Assembly: GCF_009914755.1 (NCBI RefSeq)
Contig: NC_060927.1
Length of the DNA stretch: 64,000 nucleotides
Direction: 5' to 3' (one strand)
Origin: the human T2T-CHM13v2.0 reference genome, Homo sapiens
How positions within the stretch are numbered: the stretch's first letter is position 1; every line of letters begins with the position of its first letter. Made by a program: the position numbers and the translations under genes. Under the pieces are notes generated by a model. It searched no databases. It was given only the letters and a program-made list of their open reading frames with translations, and had not been told where the DNA came from. Positions 39,897 through 52,129 of the stretch are shown piece after piece.

Positions 39897-41250
39897 CTCT
39901 TAGTCCATTTTTCTGTTGATTGTAATAGAATACTTAAAACTGAGAAATTCATAAAGAAAAGGAATTTATTTATTACATTTATGAAGGCTGGGGAGTCTGA
40001 GGTCTAGGGAAGGCATTTGGTGAGAACCTTCTTGCTGGTAGGGACTCTGTGGTGTCCCGAGGTGGTGCAGGGCATCACATGGTGAGGGAGCAGAGTGTGC
40101 TAATATTCTAGCTCAGGTCTTTCTTCTCTTATACAGCCACTAGTTCTCCTCCTATGATGCTTCATTAATTCATTAACCCATTAATTCATTCATTAGGACA
40201 GAGCTTTCATGATTGAGTTACCTCTTAAAGGCTCCACTTGTCAATACTGCTACATTGGAGATTAAATTTCTTTTTTTTTAATTATACTTTAAGTTCTAGG
40301 GTACATGTGCGCAATGTGTAAGTTTGTTACATATGTATACATGTGCCATGTTGGTGTGCTGCACCCATTAACTCGTCATTTAACATTAGGTATATCTCCT
40401 AATGCTTTCCCTCCCCCCTTCCCCCACCCCATAACAGGCCCTGGTGTGTGATGTTCCCCTTCCTGTGTCCAAGTGTTCTCATTGTTCAATTCCCGCCTAT
40501 GAGTGAGAACATGTGGTGTTTGGTTTTTTGTTCTTGTGATAGTTTGCTGAGAATGATGGTTTCCAGCTTCATCCATGTCCCTGCAAAGGACATGAACTCA
40601 TCCTTTTTTATGACTGCATAGTATTCCATAGTGTATATGTGCCATATTTTCTTAATCCAGTCTATCATTGATGGGCATTTGGGTTGGTTCCAAGTCTTTG
40701 CTATTGTGAATAGTACCACAATAAACATACATGTGCATGTGCCTTTATAGCAGCATGATTTATAATCCTTTGGGTATATACCCAGTAATGGGATGGCTGG
40801 GTCAAATGGTATTTCTAGTTCTAGATCCTTGAGGAATCGCCACACTGTCTTCCACAATGGTTGAACTAGTTAACAGTCCCACCAACAGTGTAAAAGTGTT
40901 CCTATTTCTCCACATCTTCTCCAGCACCTGTTGTTTCCTGACTTTTTAATGATCGCCATTCTAACTGGTATGAGATGGTATCTCATTGTGGTTTTGATTT
41001 GCATTTCTCTGATGGCCAGTGATGATGAGCATTTTTTCATGAGTCTGTTGGCTTCATAAATGTCTTCTTTTGAGAAGTGTCTGTTCATATCCTTTGCCCA
41101 CTTTTTGACGGTGTTGTTTGTTTTCTTTTCTTGTAAATTTGTTTGAGTTCTTTGTAGATTCTGGATATTAGCCCTTTGTCAGATGAGTAGATTGCAAAAA
41201 TTTTCTCCCATTCTGTAGGTTGCCTGTGAGGAGACATTCAAACCATAGCA
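39897..41250. mobile_element. MST/MLT1A-like LTR split by an L1PA (39897-40270 and 41228-41250)
   Basis: cttagtccattttctgttg...ggagattaaatttc, resuming gaggagacattcaaaccatagca after the L1. Confidence 0.75.
40271..41227 (-). mobile_element. 5'-truncated young L1PA (about PA3-5) 3' end
   Basis: ORFs 40486-40857 and 40870-41088(-) are near-consensus ORF2 C-terminus ([18 protein letters not shown]); poly-T at 40271. Confidence 0.95.
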
Positions 41251-41299
41251 ATGGTGAAGTAAGACTCTTCAGTGATAGTCACCCTATACAAGTCACCAT

Positions 41300-41662
41300 A
41301 ATGTAGAATCAGTGGGAGTGCTAAGCTTGTTTTGCTGCAACTATATGGTCCCATCTGGGGGTGATGGATCATCAGGAATTAGATTAGTGACAGATCATCA
41401 GGAATTAGATACTCACAAGGAGCATGCAACCTAGATCCCTTGCATGTGTACTTTACAGTAGGGTTCACAATCCAATGAGAATCTAATGCTGCAGCTGATC
41501 TGACAGGAGGCGGAGCTCTGGTGGTAATGCGAGTGACGGGGATCAGCTGTAAATACAGATGACTCTTCACTTGCTTACCTGCCATTCACCTCCTGCTGTG
41601 TGGTCTGGTTCCTAACAGGCCACAGACTGGTACTGTGGCCAGGGTTTGGGGAACTCCTGCTC
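41300..41662. mobile_element. MER1A (hAT-Charlie) fragment
   Basis: gtagaatcagtgggag..caacctagatccc..gagaatctaatgc..ctgatctgacaggaggcggagctc..ggggaactcctg. Confidence 0.85.
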
Positions 41663-42339
41663 TAGACCACCTTGGTGTCATGAAAATCCACAACACCATC
41701 CAATGGGCTGAAGTTCCAGTCTGCATTACCACTGGTTAACTACAGTGGCCTCAAGCCCCCACTAATCCTCAGTGGCAGGCGGGCTGTAGCTACTGAAGGC
41801 CTTAGCATGTCCAGGTGCCAGACAGGAACCCATGGCCATGGTGGAATGAACTTGAGTTCTGGCCTGCATGACCGCTGACCAACTACAGTGCCCTTAGGCC
41901 CTGAAGAAACCTCAGTGGCAGGCAGATTATAGCTGCTGCGGGCCTTAGGCATGCCCTGGTGCCATTCTCATCTTAGTAGCAGTGGACTTTGGGTATAAGT
42001 TCAGCAACCAGAAGATAACTCATGTCTCCCTTTTTCCAACACCAGGCAGCACAGCACAGAGAGAAAAATCATTCACTTGGCGAAGGAAAGGAAAGTATAA
42101 GCATAGAGGTTTGCTGTAGAACCCAGTATAGTGCCCACCACAGTAAAACTCAATATCTGGCAGATCCCTCCCCACCACAGCTCCTGACTCTAGACTGATA
42201 TGCACAGGCAGAGCCTCTAGACCTGCCCTGGTGTCAGTTAGGAACCCATGGGCCCCAGCAAAGCAGACTCAGAACTCAACCAACATCACTTCTTGCCTAC
42301 TTCAGCAGCCTTGAGACCAGAATAAACCTTAGTTGCAGT

Positions 42340-43117
42340 GCTTAATATCACTAATCATTAGGGAGATCCAAATCAAAACTACAATAAGCTACCATCTCAC
42401 ACCAGTGAGAATGGCTATTACTACAATTTTTTAAAAATAACAGATGCCAGCAAGGTTGGAGAGAATAGGTAACACTTGTACACTGCTGGTGGGAATGTAA
42501 ATTAGTTAAGCCATTGTGGAAAGCAATCTAGAGGTTTTCCAAAGAACTGAAAGCAGAGCTACCATTTGATCCAAGAGTGTCATTGCTGGATATATAGCCA
42601 AAGAAATTATAAATTGTTCTACCATAAAGACACATGCGTGTGTATGTTCATTGCGGTACTATTCACAATAGCAGAGACATGGAATCAACCTAAGTGCCCA
42701 TCAATGGTGGACTGGATGAAGAAAATGTGCTACATATACACCATGGAATACTACATAGCTATTTTTAAAAATGAGGTCATGGCCTTTTCAGCACATAGAG
42801 GGAGCTGGAGGCCATTATCCTAACCAAATTAACACAGGAACAGAAAACCAAATACTCCATGTGCTCCTTATAAATGGGAGCTAAACGTTGTGTACACACA
42901 GACACAAAGAAGGGAACAGTAGACACTGGTGCCTATTTTAGGGTGGAGGGTGGGAGGAGGGTGAGGATTGAAAAACTACCTATCAAGTATTATGCTAATT
43001 ACCTGGGTGACAAAACTATTTGTACACCAAACCCTGATAACATGCAATTTCCCCATGTACCAAACCTGCACACGTACCCCTTAAACCTAAAATAAAAGTT
43101 GAAAAGAATAAAAAAAA
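42340..43117 (+). mobile_element. L1PA15/16-like 3' end
   Basis: ORF2 C-terminus (42566-42823) and 3'UTR ending aacctaaaataaaagttgaaaagaataaaaaaaa. Confidence 0.85.
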
Positions 43118-43119
43118 TG

Positions 43120-46100
43120 TTGGTTTTTTAAAAATATAAACAAAATTGGTAAACTTTTAGCTACACTAAGAAAAAAGAATGAAGACCAAATAAATAAAAT
43201 CAGAGATGAAAAAAAGTTACATCTGATACCACAGAAATTCAAAGGATTGGCAGACTCTTATGAACAATTTTATGCCAACAGATTGGAAAGCCTAGAAGAA
43301 ATAGATAAATACCTGGATACCAAAACCAGGTAAGGACATAATAAAAAAGAAAACTACAGGCAAATATTCCTGATGAACATAGATGCAAAACGTTTAACAA
43401 AATACTCAACCAAATTCAACAGCACATTAAAAAGATCATTCATTATGACCAAGTGAGATTTATTGCAGGAATACAAAGATGGTTCAACATATTCAAATCA
43501 ACAAACATAATACATCATATTAACAGAATGAAGGACAAAAACCATATGGTCATTTTAATACACGGAGAAAAGGCATATGACAAAAGTCAACATTCCTTTA
43601 TGATATAAATTTTCAGTAAATTAGATAGAAGGATTGTACCTCAACCCAATAAGGGCCACAATTGACAAGACCCACAGCTAACCTCATACTGAATGGGAAA
43701 AAGTTAAAAACTTTTTTTCTGACATCCGGAACAAGGTAAGGATGTCCACTCTTAGCAGTCCTATACAACATAATACTGGAAGTCCTGACCAGAGCAACTA
43801 GGCAAGTGAAAGAAATATAAGGCATCCAAATTTGATAGGAGGAAGTTAAATTGTCCCTTTTTGCTGATGACATGATTTTATACATAGAAATCCCTAAATA
43901 CTCCACTAAAAGGCTTTTAGAATTTATAAGTGAGTTAAGTTGCAGGTTATAAAATCAACATGCAAAAGTCAGTAGTATATGTATATGCTAATAGTAAATT
44001 ATTTGTGAAAGAAATAAACAATTCTATTTACCATATCCATTAAAAAAACTGGGAATAAATTTAAGGAGGTGAAAGGAGGTCTCTACATTGGAAATTATAA
44101 GACATTGATAAGAGAATTGAAGAAGACACATAAATGGAAAGCTATCCCATATTCAAGGATTAGGAGAATTAATATAGTTAAAATATTTTTACCACTCAGT
44201 GTGATCTATAGATTCAATACAGTTTCTATCAAAATACCAATACCATTCTTCACAGAAATAGAAAAAACACCACAAAGTTTGTATGGAACCATAAGAGACT
44301 CTAAATAACCAAAGCAGTCTTGACCAAAAAGAACAAAGCCGAAGGCATCACATTACCTGACTTCAAAGTATACCACAATGCTATAGTAACCAAAACAGCA
44401 TGGTGCTGGCATAAAAACAGATACATAGGCTGATGGAACATATTAGAGAGCCCAACATAAAAATCCACACATTTACAGCCAATTGATTTTTGACAAATGT
44501 GCCAAAAGCTTGCAATAAAGAAAGGAAAGTCTCCTTAATAAATAATATTGGGAAAACTGTATATGCATATGTGGAAGAATGACATGAGACACTCTTTTCT
44601 CACTATATTAAAAAATTAAAATAGATTAAATAATTAAGTGTAAATCCTTAAACTATTAACCTACTGGAAGAAAACAGGGGAAATGCTTCATGACATGGGT
44701 ATGGGCAAGGAGTTTTTTGAATAAGAACTCAAGAGCACAGGCAACAAAAGTTAAAATAGACAAATGAGATTATATCACACACAAAAATGTTCGCATAGCA
44801 AAGGAAACAACAGAGTGAAAAGACAATCTACAAGTGAAATGTTAGTTATAGAAAAATAAATATGTTCTTACTCATATTGGAGGGTTAAACAGAAATTCTG
44901 CTCACAGAATTAAAGTAGCATTGTCGTTATTAGAAACTAGGAAGAGTAGAAGTCAAGGAGAAGAAAGGGAGAAGTTGGTTAATGGACACAAAATTACATC
45001 TATATGGAAAGAATGAGTTTTAGCATTCTGTAGCACTATAGGTTGAATATGATTAACAATTATTTAGTGTATATTTATAAAAGCTGAAGGAGAAGATTTT
45101 GAATGTTCATAACACAAATAAATGATGAATATTTAAGGTGATGGATATGCTAATTATCATGATTTGGTCATTACACATTGTTCAAATGTAAAAAAGCACT
45201 CTCTCTTATAAACATGTACAATTACTATATGTCAACTAAAAAGAAAAAGAATGACACATGTCAAATTTTTAAAAACCCTATGAGAGGAGTACCATTACAC
45301 ATGAAACAATTAAGGCGGAATATGAATTAACTTACCCAAGATCGTGTTGCTTGTAAGTATCAGAATTAGTGTTCAAACCTAGGCAATGTGGCTCAGAGTC
45401 AATGCTCTTAACAATCACACTATAAGAACAGATATAATAAATATCTACTTACCTGGAGGATATAAATTCTATTTTTATTCCGAGTTCTGAATCAAAATGG
45501 TAATTCAAAGGCAATGAGAACATTAACCTCATCACCATCATTTAGGCTCAAAAGAAAATGGTACATATTCTATTGCAACCAGTCAGGATTAATTCTCAAA
45601 TGTATGAAACTTGAAGAGGGAGGACAATGCAAAGGAAACCGTACTTAGTAGCAGAATAGTTATTACTATAAGCAGACTTCAAAGTATGTTGGACAAACCA
45701 TCACTTATGCTGAAAGTGACAATAAAAGACTTGGGAAAAAAAGACCACCTACAGAATGAGAGAAAATATTTGTCAACTATACATTCAAGAGTATAAGGGA
45801 CTCAGACAACTCACCATAAAAAACCAAACAACCCAGTTGAAAAATGGACAAAATAGACATGTATATGCACATGTGGAAGAATGACATGAAACACTCATTT
45901 CTCACTATATTAAAAAATTAAAATAGATTAAATAATTAAGTGTAATTCCTCAAACTATGAATGACAAGAGACATTTTTCAAAAGAAGACATATTATAAAT
46001 GGCCAACAAGTATATAGTGAAATGCTCAACATCGCTCATCATCAGGGAAATGCAAATCAAAACCACAGTGAGCTATCACCTCACCTCATTTAGAATTGCC

Positions 46101-46915
46101 ATTATCAAAAAGACAAAAGATAATAAGTACTGGTGAACATATGGAGAGAAGGTAATGTAAATTGGTATAACCATTGTAGAAAATAGTATGGAGATTCCTC
46201 AAATTAAAAATAGAAATACCATATGTGATCCAGCAATACCACTACTTGGTATATAACTAAATGAATTGCAGTCAATATATCCAAGAGATATCTGCATTCC
46301 CATGTTCGTCACAACATTATTCACAATGGCCAAGATATGGAATCAATGTAATTATCCATCATTGGATAAATAGATAAAGAAAATATGGTATATATTCACA
46401 ATGGAATACTATTCAGCCATATAAAATGATGAAATCTTCTCATTCGCGACAACATGGATGAACCTGGAGGACCTACGTTAAGGGAAATAAGCCAGAAACA
46501 GAAAGACAAATTCCATATCATCTCACTCATATGTGGAATTTTAAAAAATTGATTACATTGAAGTAGAGAGAGGAAAGTTACTTACCGGCAGCTGAGGTGG
46601 TTAATGAGGAGGAATGGATGAGGACATGTTGGTCAAAGAATAACATAATTACAGTTATGTAGCAGGAATAAATTGTAAGATATCTAATGTATTACAAGGT
46701 GATTATAGGTAATGATATATTGCACTGTTGAAAAATATAGAGTGTAGATGTTATGTGATCTTATCACAAAATGATAACTATGTGAGGGAATGCTTTTAAC
46801 TATAATAAGTTTAACCATTCCACAATGTATATATATTTCAAAATACTGTGTTATATGTGATAAAAACATACAATGTTATCTGTCAATATAAAAGAAATAA
46901 ACTTTTTAAAGACTG
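43120..46915 (+). mobile_element. L1MA ORF2 and 3'UTR with an internal deletion and two insertions
   Basis: RT motifs (ttgctgatgacatgatttta); 3'UTR ending gtcaatataaaagaaataaa. Confidence 0.8.
44833..45738 (+). mobile_element. Short L1MA 3' end plus transduced flank (includes a MIR) inserted into the L1MA ORF2
   Basis: TSD aaaagac(a/c)a(t/c)ctaca at 44818-44832 and 45739-45753; AATAAA at 45721 then an A-run. Confidence 0.7.
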
Positions 46916-46985
46916 AAAAAATACCGAAATTGAAAGAAAAGTATGTTAAACAGCAATGCAATAGCAGAAGGAAGTGTGAAACTTA

Positions 46986-47278
<293 letters not shown>

Positions 47279-50200
47279 GTGTAAAACTTATTGCTAAGGG
47301 TAAATATACAAACAAATTCAGAATACTGTAGTGTGAGATGATGATGGGTACATCACTTAATTCTATTAGGACAGTGCAAAAGTAATTGCAGTAAAGTAAT
47401 TCAAAGGATACAATTAGTAAAAATAACTCTAACTGAAAATTATGTTAGAAGATACACCATATAAGTAGATGAAAATTGTGACAACAATACTATAAAGTAT
47501 GTGTTAGGGGAAGAGAAGTTTAAGTGTAGAGTTTTGGTATACTATTGAACTTAAGGTGTTATTGCTTAAAATAGAGCATTAGATTTTATGTAAGTCCTAA
47601 GGTAACCACACACACAAAGAATGCCTAAGAAGTTACACAAAATAAAAAGAAATCAAAGCATATCAATAAAAAACATAAAGGAAGACAGCAAGAGAGGAAA
47701 GGACAGACAAAAGGGTTATAAGACAAACAGAAAACAACTAACAAAATGGCAAATCATTCCCTGTCAATAATTATTTTAAATGTTAATAAATTGATCTCCC
47801 CAATCGAAAGATACAAAGTATCTGAATTGATTTAGAAAAATAAAAAATAAAAAACAAGACCCAACCATATGCTGTCTACAGTAAACTCCCTTTCCATTTA
47901 AGGATATATAAAGACTGAAAAACATGTTTCATGCAAATGATAATTTATGCAAATAGTAAACAAAAGTGAGGAGGGATGGCTATTATTATTGCAGACACCA
48001 TAGACTTTAAGTCAAAAATTATCATGAGACAAAGAAGGACAATAAAAAGGTCTATCCACCAAGAAGAAAATAATGATTATAAATATATACACATCTGATA
48101 TCAGAGCACCTAAATATATAAGGCAAATATTGTCAGAACTGAAGGGAGAAATAGATAGCAATGCAATCATAGTAAGAGACTTCAGTACTCTACTTTCAAT
48201 AATAGACAGATTATCCAGATATATTAAAAGGAATCAGCGGGCTTCAATAACACTATAGACCAAATGGACTTAACATATATACAGAACTTTCCACCCAACA
48301 GCAGCAAGATATACATTTTTCTCAAGCACACATGGAATATTCTCCAAAATAGATAACACGTTAGGCCATGAAACAAACCTTAATACATTTAAGAAGATTG
48401 AAATGATACCAAGTATCCTTTCTGACCACAATGTAATAAAACTAGAAATCAATAGTGGAAGAAAACTCCAAAATGTATAAATATATAGAAATTAAACAAT
48501 ACATCCCTAAACAACCATTGCCTCAATAAGAAATCAAAAAAGAAATTAGAAAATATCTTGAGACAAAAATGAAAACACACTCTACCAAAAATTATGGGAT
48601 GCAGCAAAAGCAATACTAAGAGGGAAGTTCTAGCAATAAATGCTTACATTAAAAAATAAGAAAGACCTGCAAACTTACAACTTTACCTCAAGGAACTAGA
48701 GAAGAGCAAACTAAGCACAAATGTAGTGGAAGGAAGGAAATAAACATTAGAGGAGAAATAAATGAAATGGATAAAAAAATCAACAAAACTGAGAGTTATT
48801 ATTTGAAAAGATCAACAAAATTGACAAACTCAGCTACACTAAGTAAAAAAGATTTAAAATTCAAATAAATAAAATCAGAAATGAAAGGAGTGATTTACAA
48901 CTGATGCCACAGAAATAAGGATCATAAGAGACTAATAAGAACAGTTATATACCAACAAACTGTATAATCTAGAAGGATTGAGTAAATTCTTAGAAACATA
49001 AAACCTGCCAAGACAAACCAGGAAGAAACAGAACGTCTAAGAACTAGTATAGAGATTGAATTAGTAATGAAAAACCTTTTAACGAGGAAAAGCTCAGGAT
49101 GGCTTCACTAGTGAATTCTACCAAAAATTTGAAGAAATAACATCAGTCCTTAAATTAAAAAAAAAAAAACAACTTGAAAAGGGGAAAACATTGTCATCAG
49201 CATTACCCTGACACCAAAACTAGACAAATATATCACAAGAAAATAAAACTGTAGGTGAAAATTCATGATGAAATAGATGCAAAAATCCTCAACAAAATAC
49301 TGGCAAACTGAATCCAAGAGCACGTTAAAATAATCATGCATCATGATCAAGTGGGATCTATCTCTGAAGTGCAAGGATGATTCAACACATAATAATAACA
49401 CTTTCTGATTTTAAGCTAAATTACAAGGCTACAATAATTAATGTAGTATGACAATTGCATAAAAACAGACATATAGACCAATGGAACAGAATAGAGAGCC
49501 CAGAAATAATCCATACATATGTGGTCAACTGATCTTTGACAAGGGTGCCAAGAATACACAGTGTAGAAAGGATAATATTTTAAACAAGTGGTATTGAGAA
49601 AACTGGATATCCACATGTATAAGAATGTAATTAGACCTTTTTCATACATCTTACTAAAAACATCAATTCAAAATGGATTAAAGACTTAAACATAAGACCT
49701 TAAACTCTGAAATAAACATAGGACCTTAAACTCTGAAATATGTAGAAAAAACGTAGAAGAAAAGCTTCATGACGCTGGTTTTGACAATGTCATGGCTCTA
49801 TAAACTTAACACTGAAAGTAACTACAATGAAAACAAAAATAAACATGTAGGACAAGGTCAAACTAAAAAGCTTCTGCATAGCAAAAGAAACAATCAGCAG
49901 CGTGAAAACACAATGTAGAGAATAGGAGAAAATTTTTGCAAGCCATGTATCTGTAAAGCGTTAATCTGCAAAATACATAAGAAACTCATACAACTCAATA
50001 GTAAAAAAAAAAAAAAAAAAATCTAGTAACCCGATTTTAAAATGGGCTTAAGTCTTAAATAGACATTTCTCCAATGTCTATACTATAAAGCATGTGTCAG
50101 GGGAAGAGAAGTTTTAAGTGTAGAGTTTTGGTATACTATTGAACTTAAGGTGTTATCAGCTTAAAACAGAGCATTAGATTTTATATAAGTCCTAAGGTAA

Positions 50201-51609
50201 CCACACACACAAAGAATGCCTAAGATCAGGTATATGGAAAAGTGCTTAATGTTACTAATCATTAGAGAAACGCAAATCAAAACCAAGAATAGATACTAGG
50301 ATCATTATTATGTGTATGTATTTTAAACCGAAAGACACCTTTTGACAAGGATGTGAAGATATTGGAACACTTGTATGGTGGGACTGCAAAATGGTTCAAC
50401 CACTATGGAAAGCAGTGTGGAGGTTCCTCAAAAAATTAAAAATAGAACTACCTATATAATACAGCAGTCCCATTTCTGGATATTTATACAAGAGAATTGA
50501 AATCAAGATCTCAAAGAGAAATAAATCATAATATTTTTGGCAATAGCCAATATGTGGAAATGGCCTAAATGGCCATTGGCAGATGAATAAACAACATGTG
50601 GTTACCCAGCCCTTATTAGGGTGGAAGAGTATCCCTTCGTGTACCTATAATACACGTGGTATTTCTACAATGGAATACTTTTCAGCCTTAATAAATAAGG
50701 AAATTTTACAGTATGTGACAACATGGATAAACCTGGAGGATATTATGTGAAGTGAAATGACCAGTCATAGAAAGACAGATTCTTCACTATTCAACTTATA
50801 TCAGGTATCTAAAATAGTCATATATATAGAATCAAAGAGTGTAATGGTGGCTGATGGGCTGGGGGAGGTTGAAATGCAGAGATACTAATCAATGAACTTA
50901 AAGTTTCAGTCAAGCAAGCTTGATTGATGTATAAACTTTAGAAATCTGCTGTGCAACATTGTATCTAGAGTCACCAGTAATGTACTATATATTTATAAAT
51001 TTGTTAATAGGGTAGATCTCATGTTCAGTGTTCTTACTACAATAAAATAAAATATTAATGGAAAAATCTTAAATAAAATATTAGGAGACAGAATCCCACC
51101 AGCACATTAAAAAATAATTAATTATGACTAGTGGTGTTTTACTCCAGGGATGCAAGGATAGATACTATTACAAAATCCATCAATATAATTTATATCGCTA
51201 ATAGGTCTAAGAACAAATGATTATCTTTATGATGCTGAAAAAGTCTTTGAATAAAATTTAGCACCCATTGTATTTCCAGTTTTGATAATCAGATCAGTCC
51301 TTCCACTGGGAGAATTCTATACTCTACAAAAATATAATTTAAAACATGTCATCAAATTATTTTCAGCAAACAAAATTTGCAACAATTCATCAACATCAAA
51401 TCTTACTAAGGAAAAACCTAAAAGACTTGTTTAAGCAAATGAAAATGATCTATTATATAAGAACAGAGATGAAGAAAAGAATAAAGAACCACAAACGTGT
51501 TAAACTAAGGAAATATTTTATAAAAATAATAATGACTTCTTGCAGTGTAATATATTGAGAATTATGATACAAGTTGGGATGACGTTCACTAAATTTAATT
51601 GCCAATGTC

Positions 51610-52128
51610 TTTATGATGGTTAATTTTACACACCAAACTGACTGGATTAAGGAATACTCAGAGAGTTGGTAAAACATTATTTTTAGTATGTCTGTGAAAG
51701 TGTTTCCAGAATAAATGACCATTTGAATTAGTAGGCTGAGTGAAGAATATCTGCCCTCACCAATGTGAGTAGACATTATCCAGTTTATTGAGCTTAGGAT
51801 AGAACAAAAAAGACGAAAGGTGAATTTGCTCTCTCTACTGGAACTGGGACATCTATCCTTTCCTGCTTTTGAATATCAGCTCAAGGTTCTCAGGACTTCA
51901 GACTTTTCTTTCCCAGGCCTCTCCCACTTCTCTGGTTCTCAGGCCTTCAAACACAGACTAAATTACAATCCCAGTTTTCCTACTTAGTCAGCTTATAGAG
52001 AGCATATTGTGGAACTTCTAATCCTGCATAATTACATGAACCAATTTGCATAATAAATTCCTTCTTATATAGCTATACAGATATATATCCTATTGATTCT
52101 GTTTCTCTGGAGAACCCTGACTAATACA
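51610..52128. mobile_element. MLT2 (ERVL) LTR
   Basis: tgatggttaatttta..gactggattaagg..tcctattgattctgtttctctggagaaccctgactaataca. Confidence 0.85.
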
Positions 52129-52129
52129 G

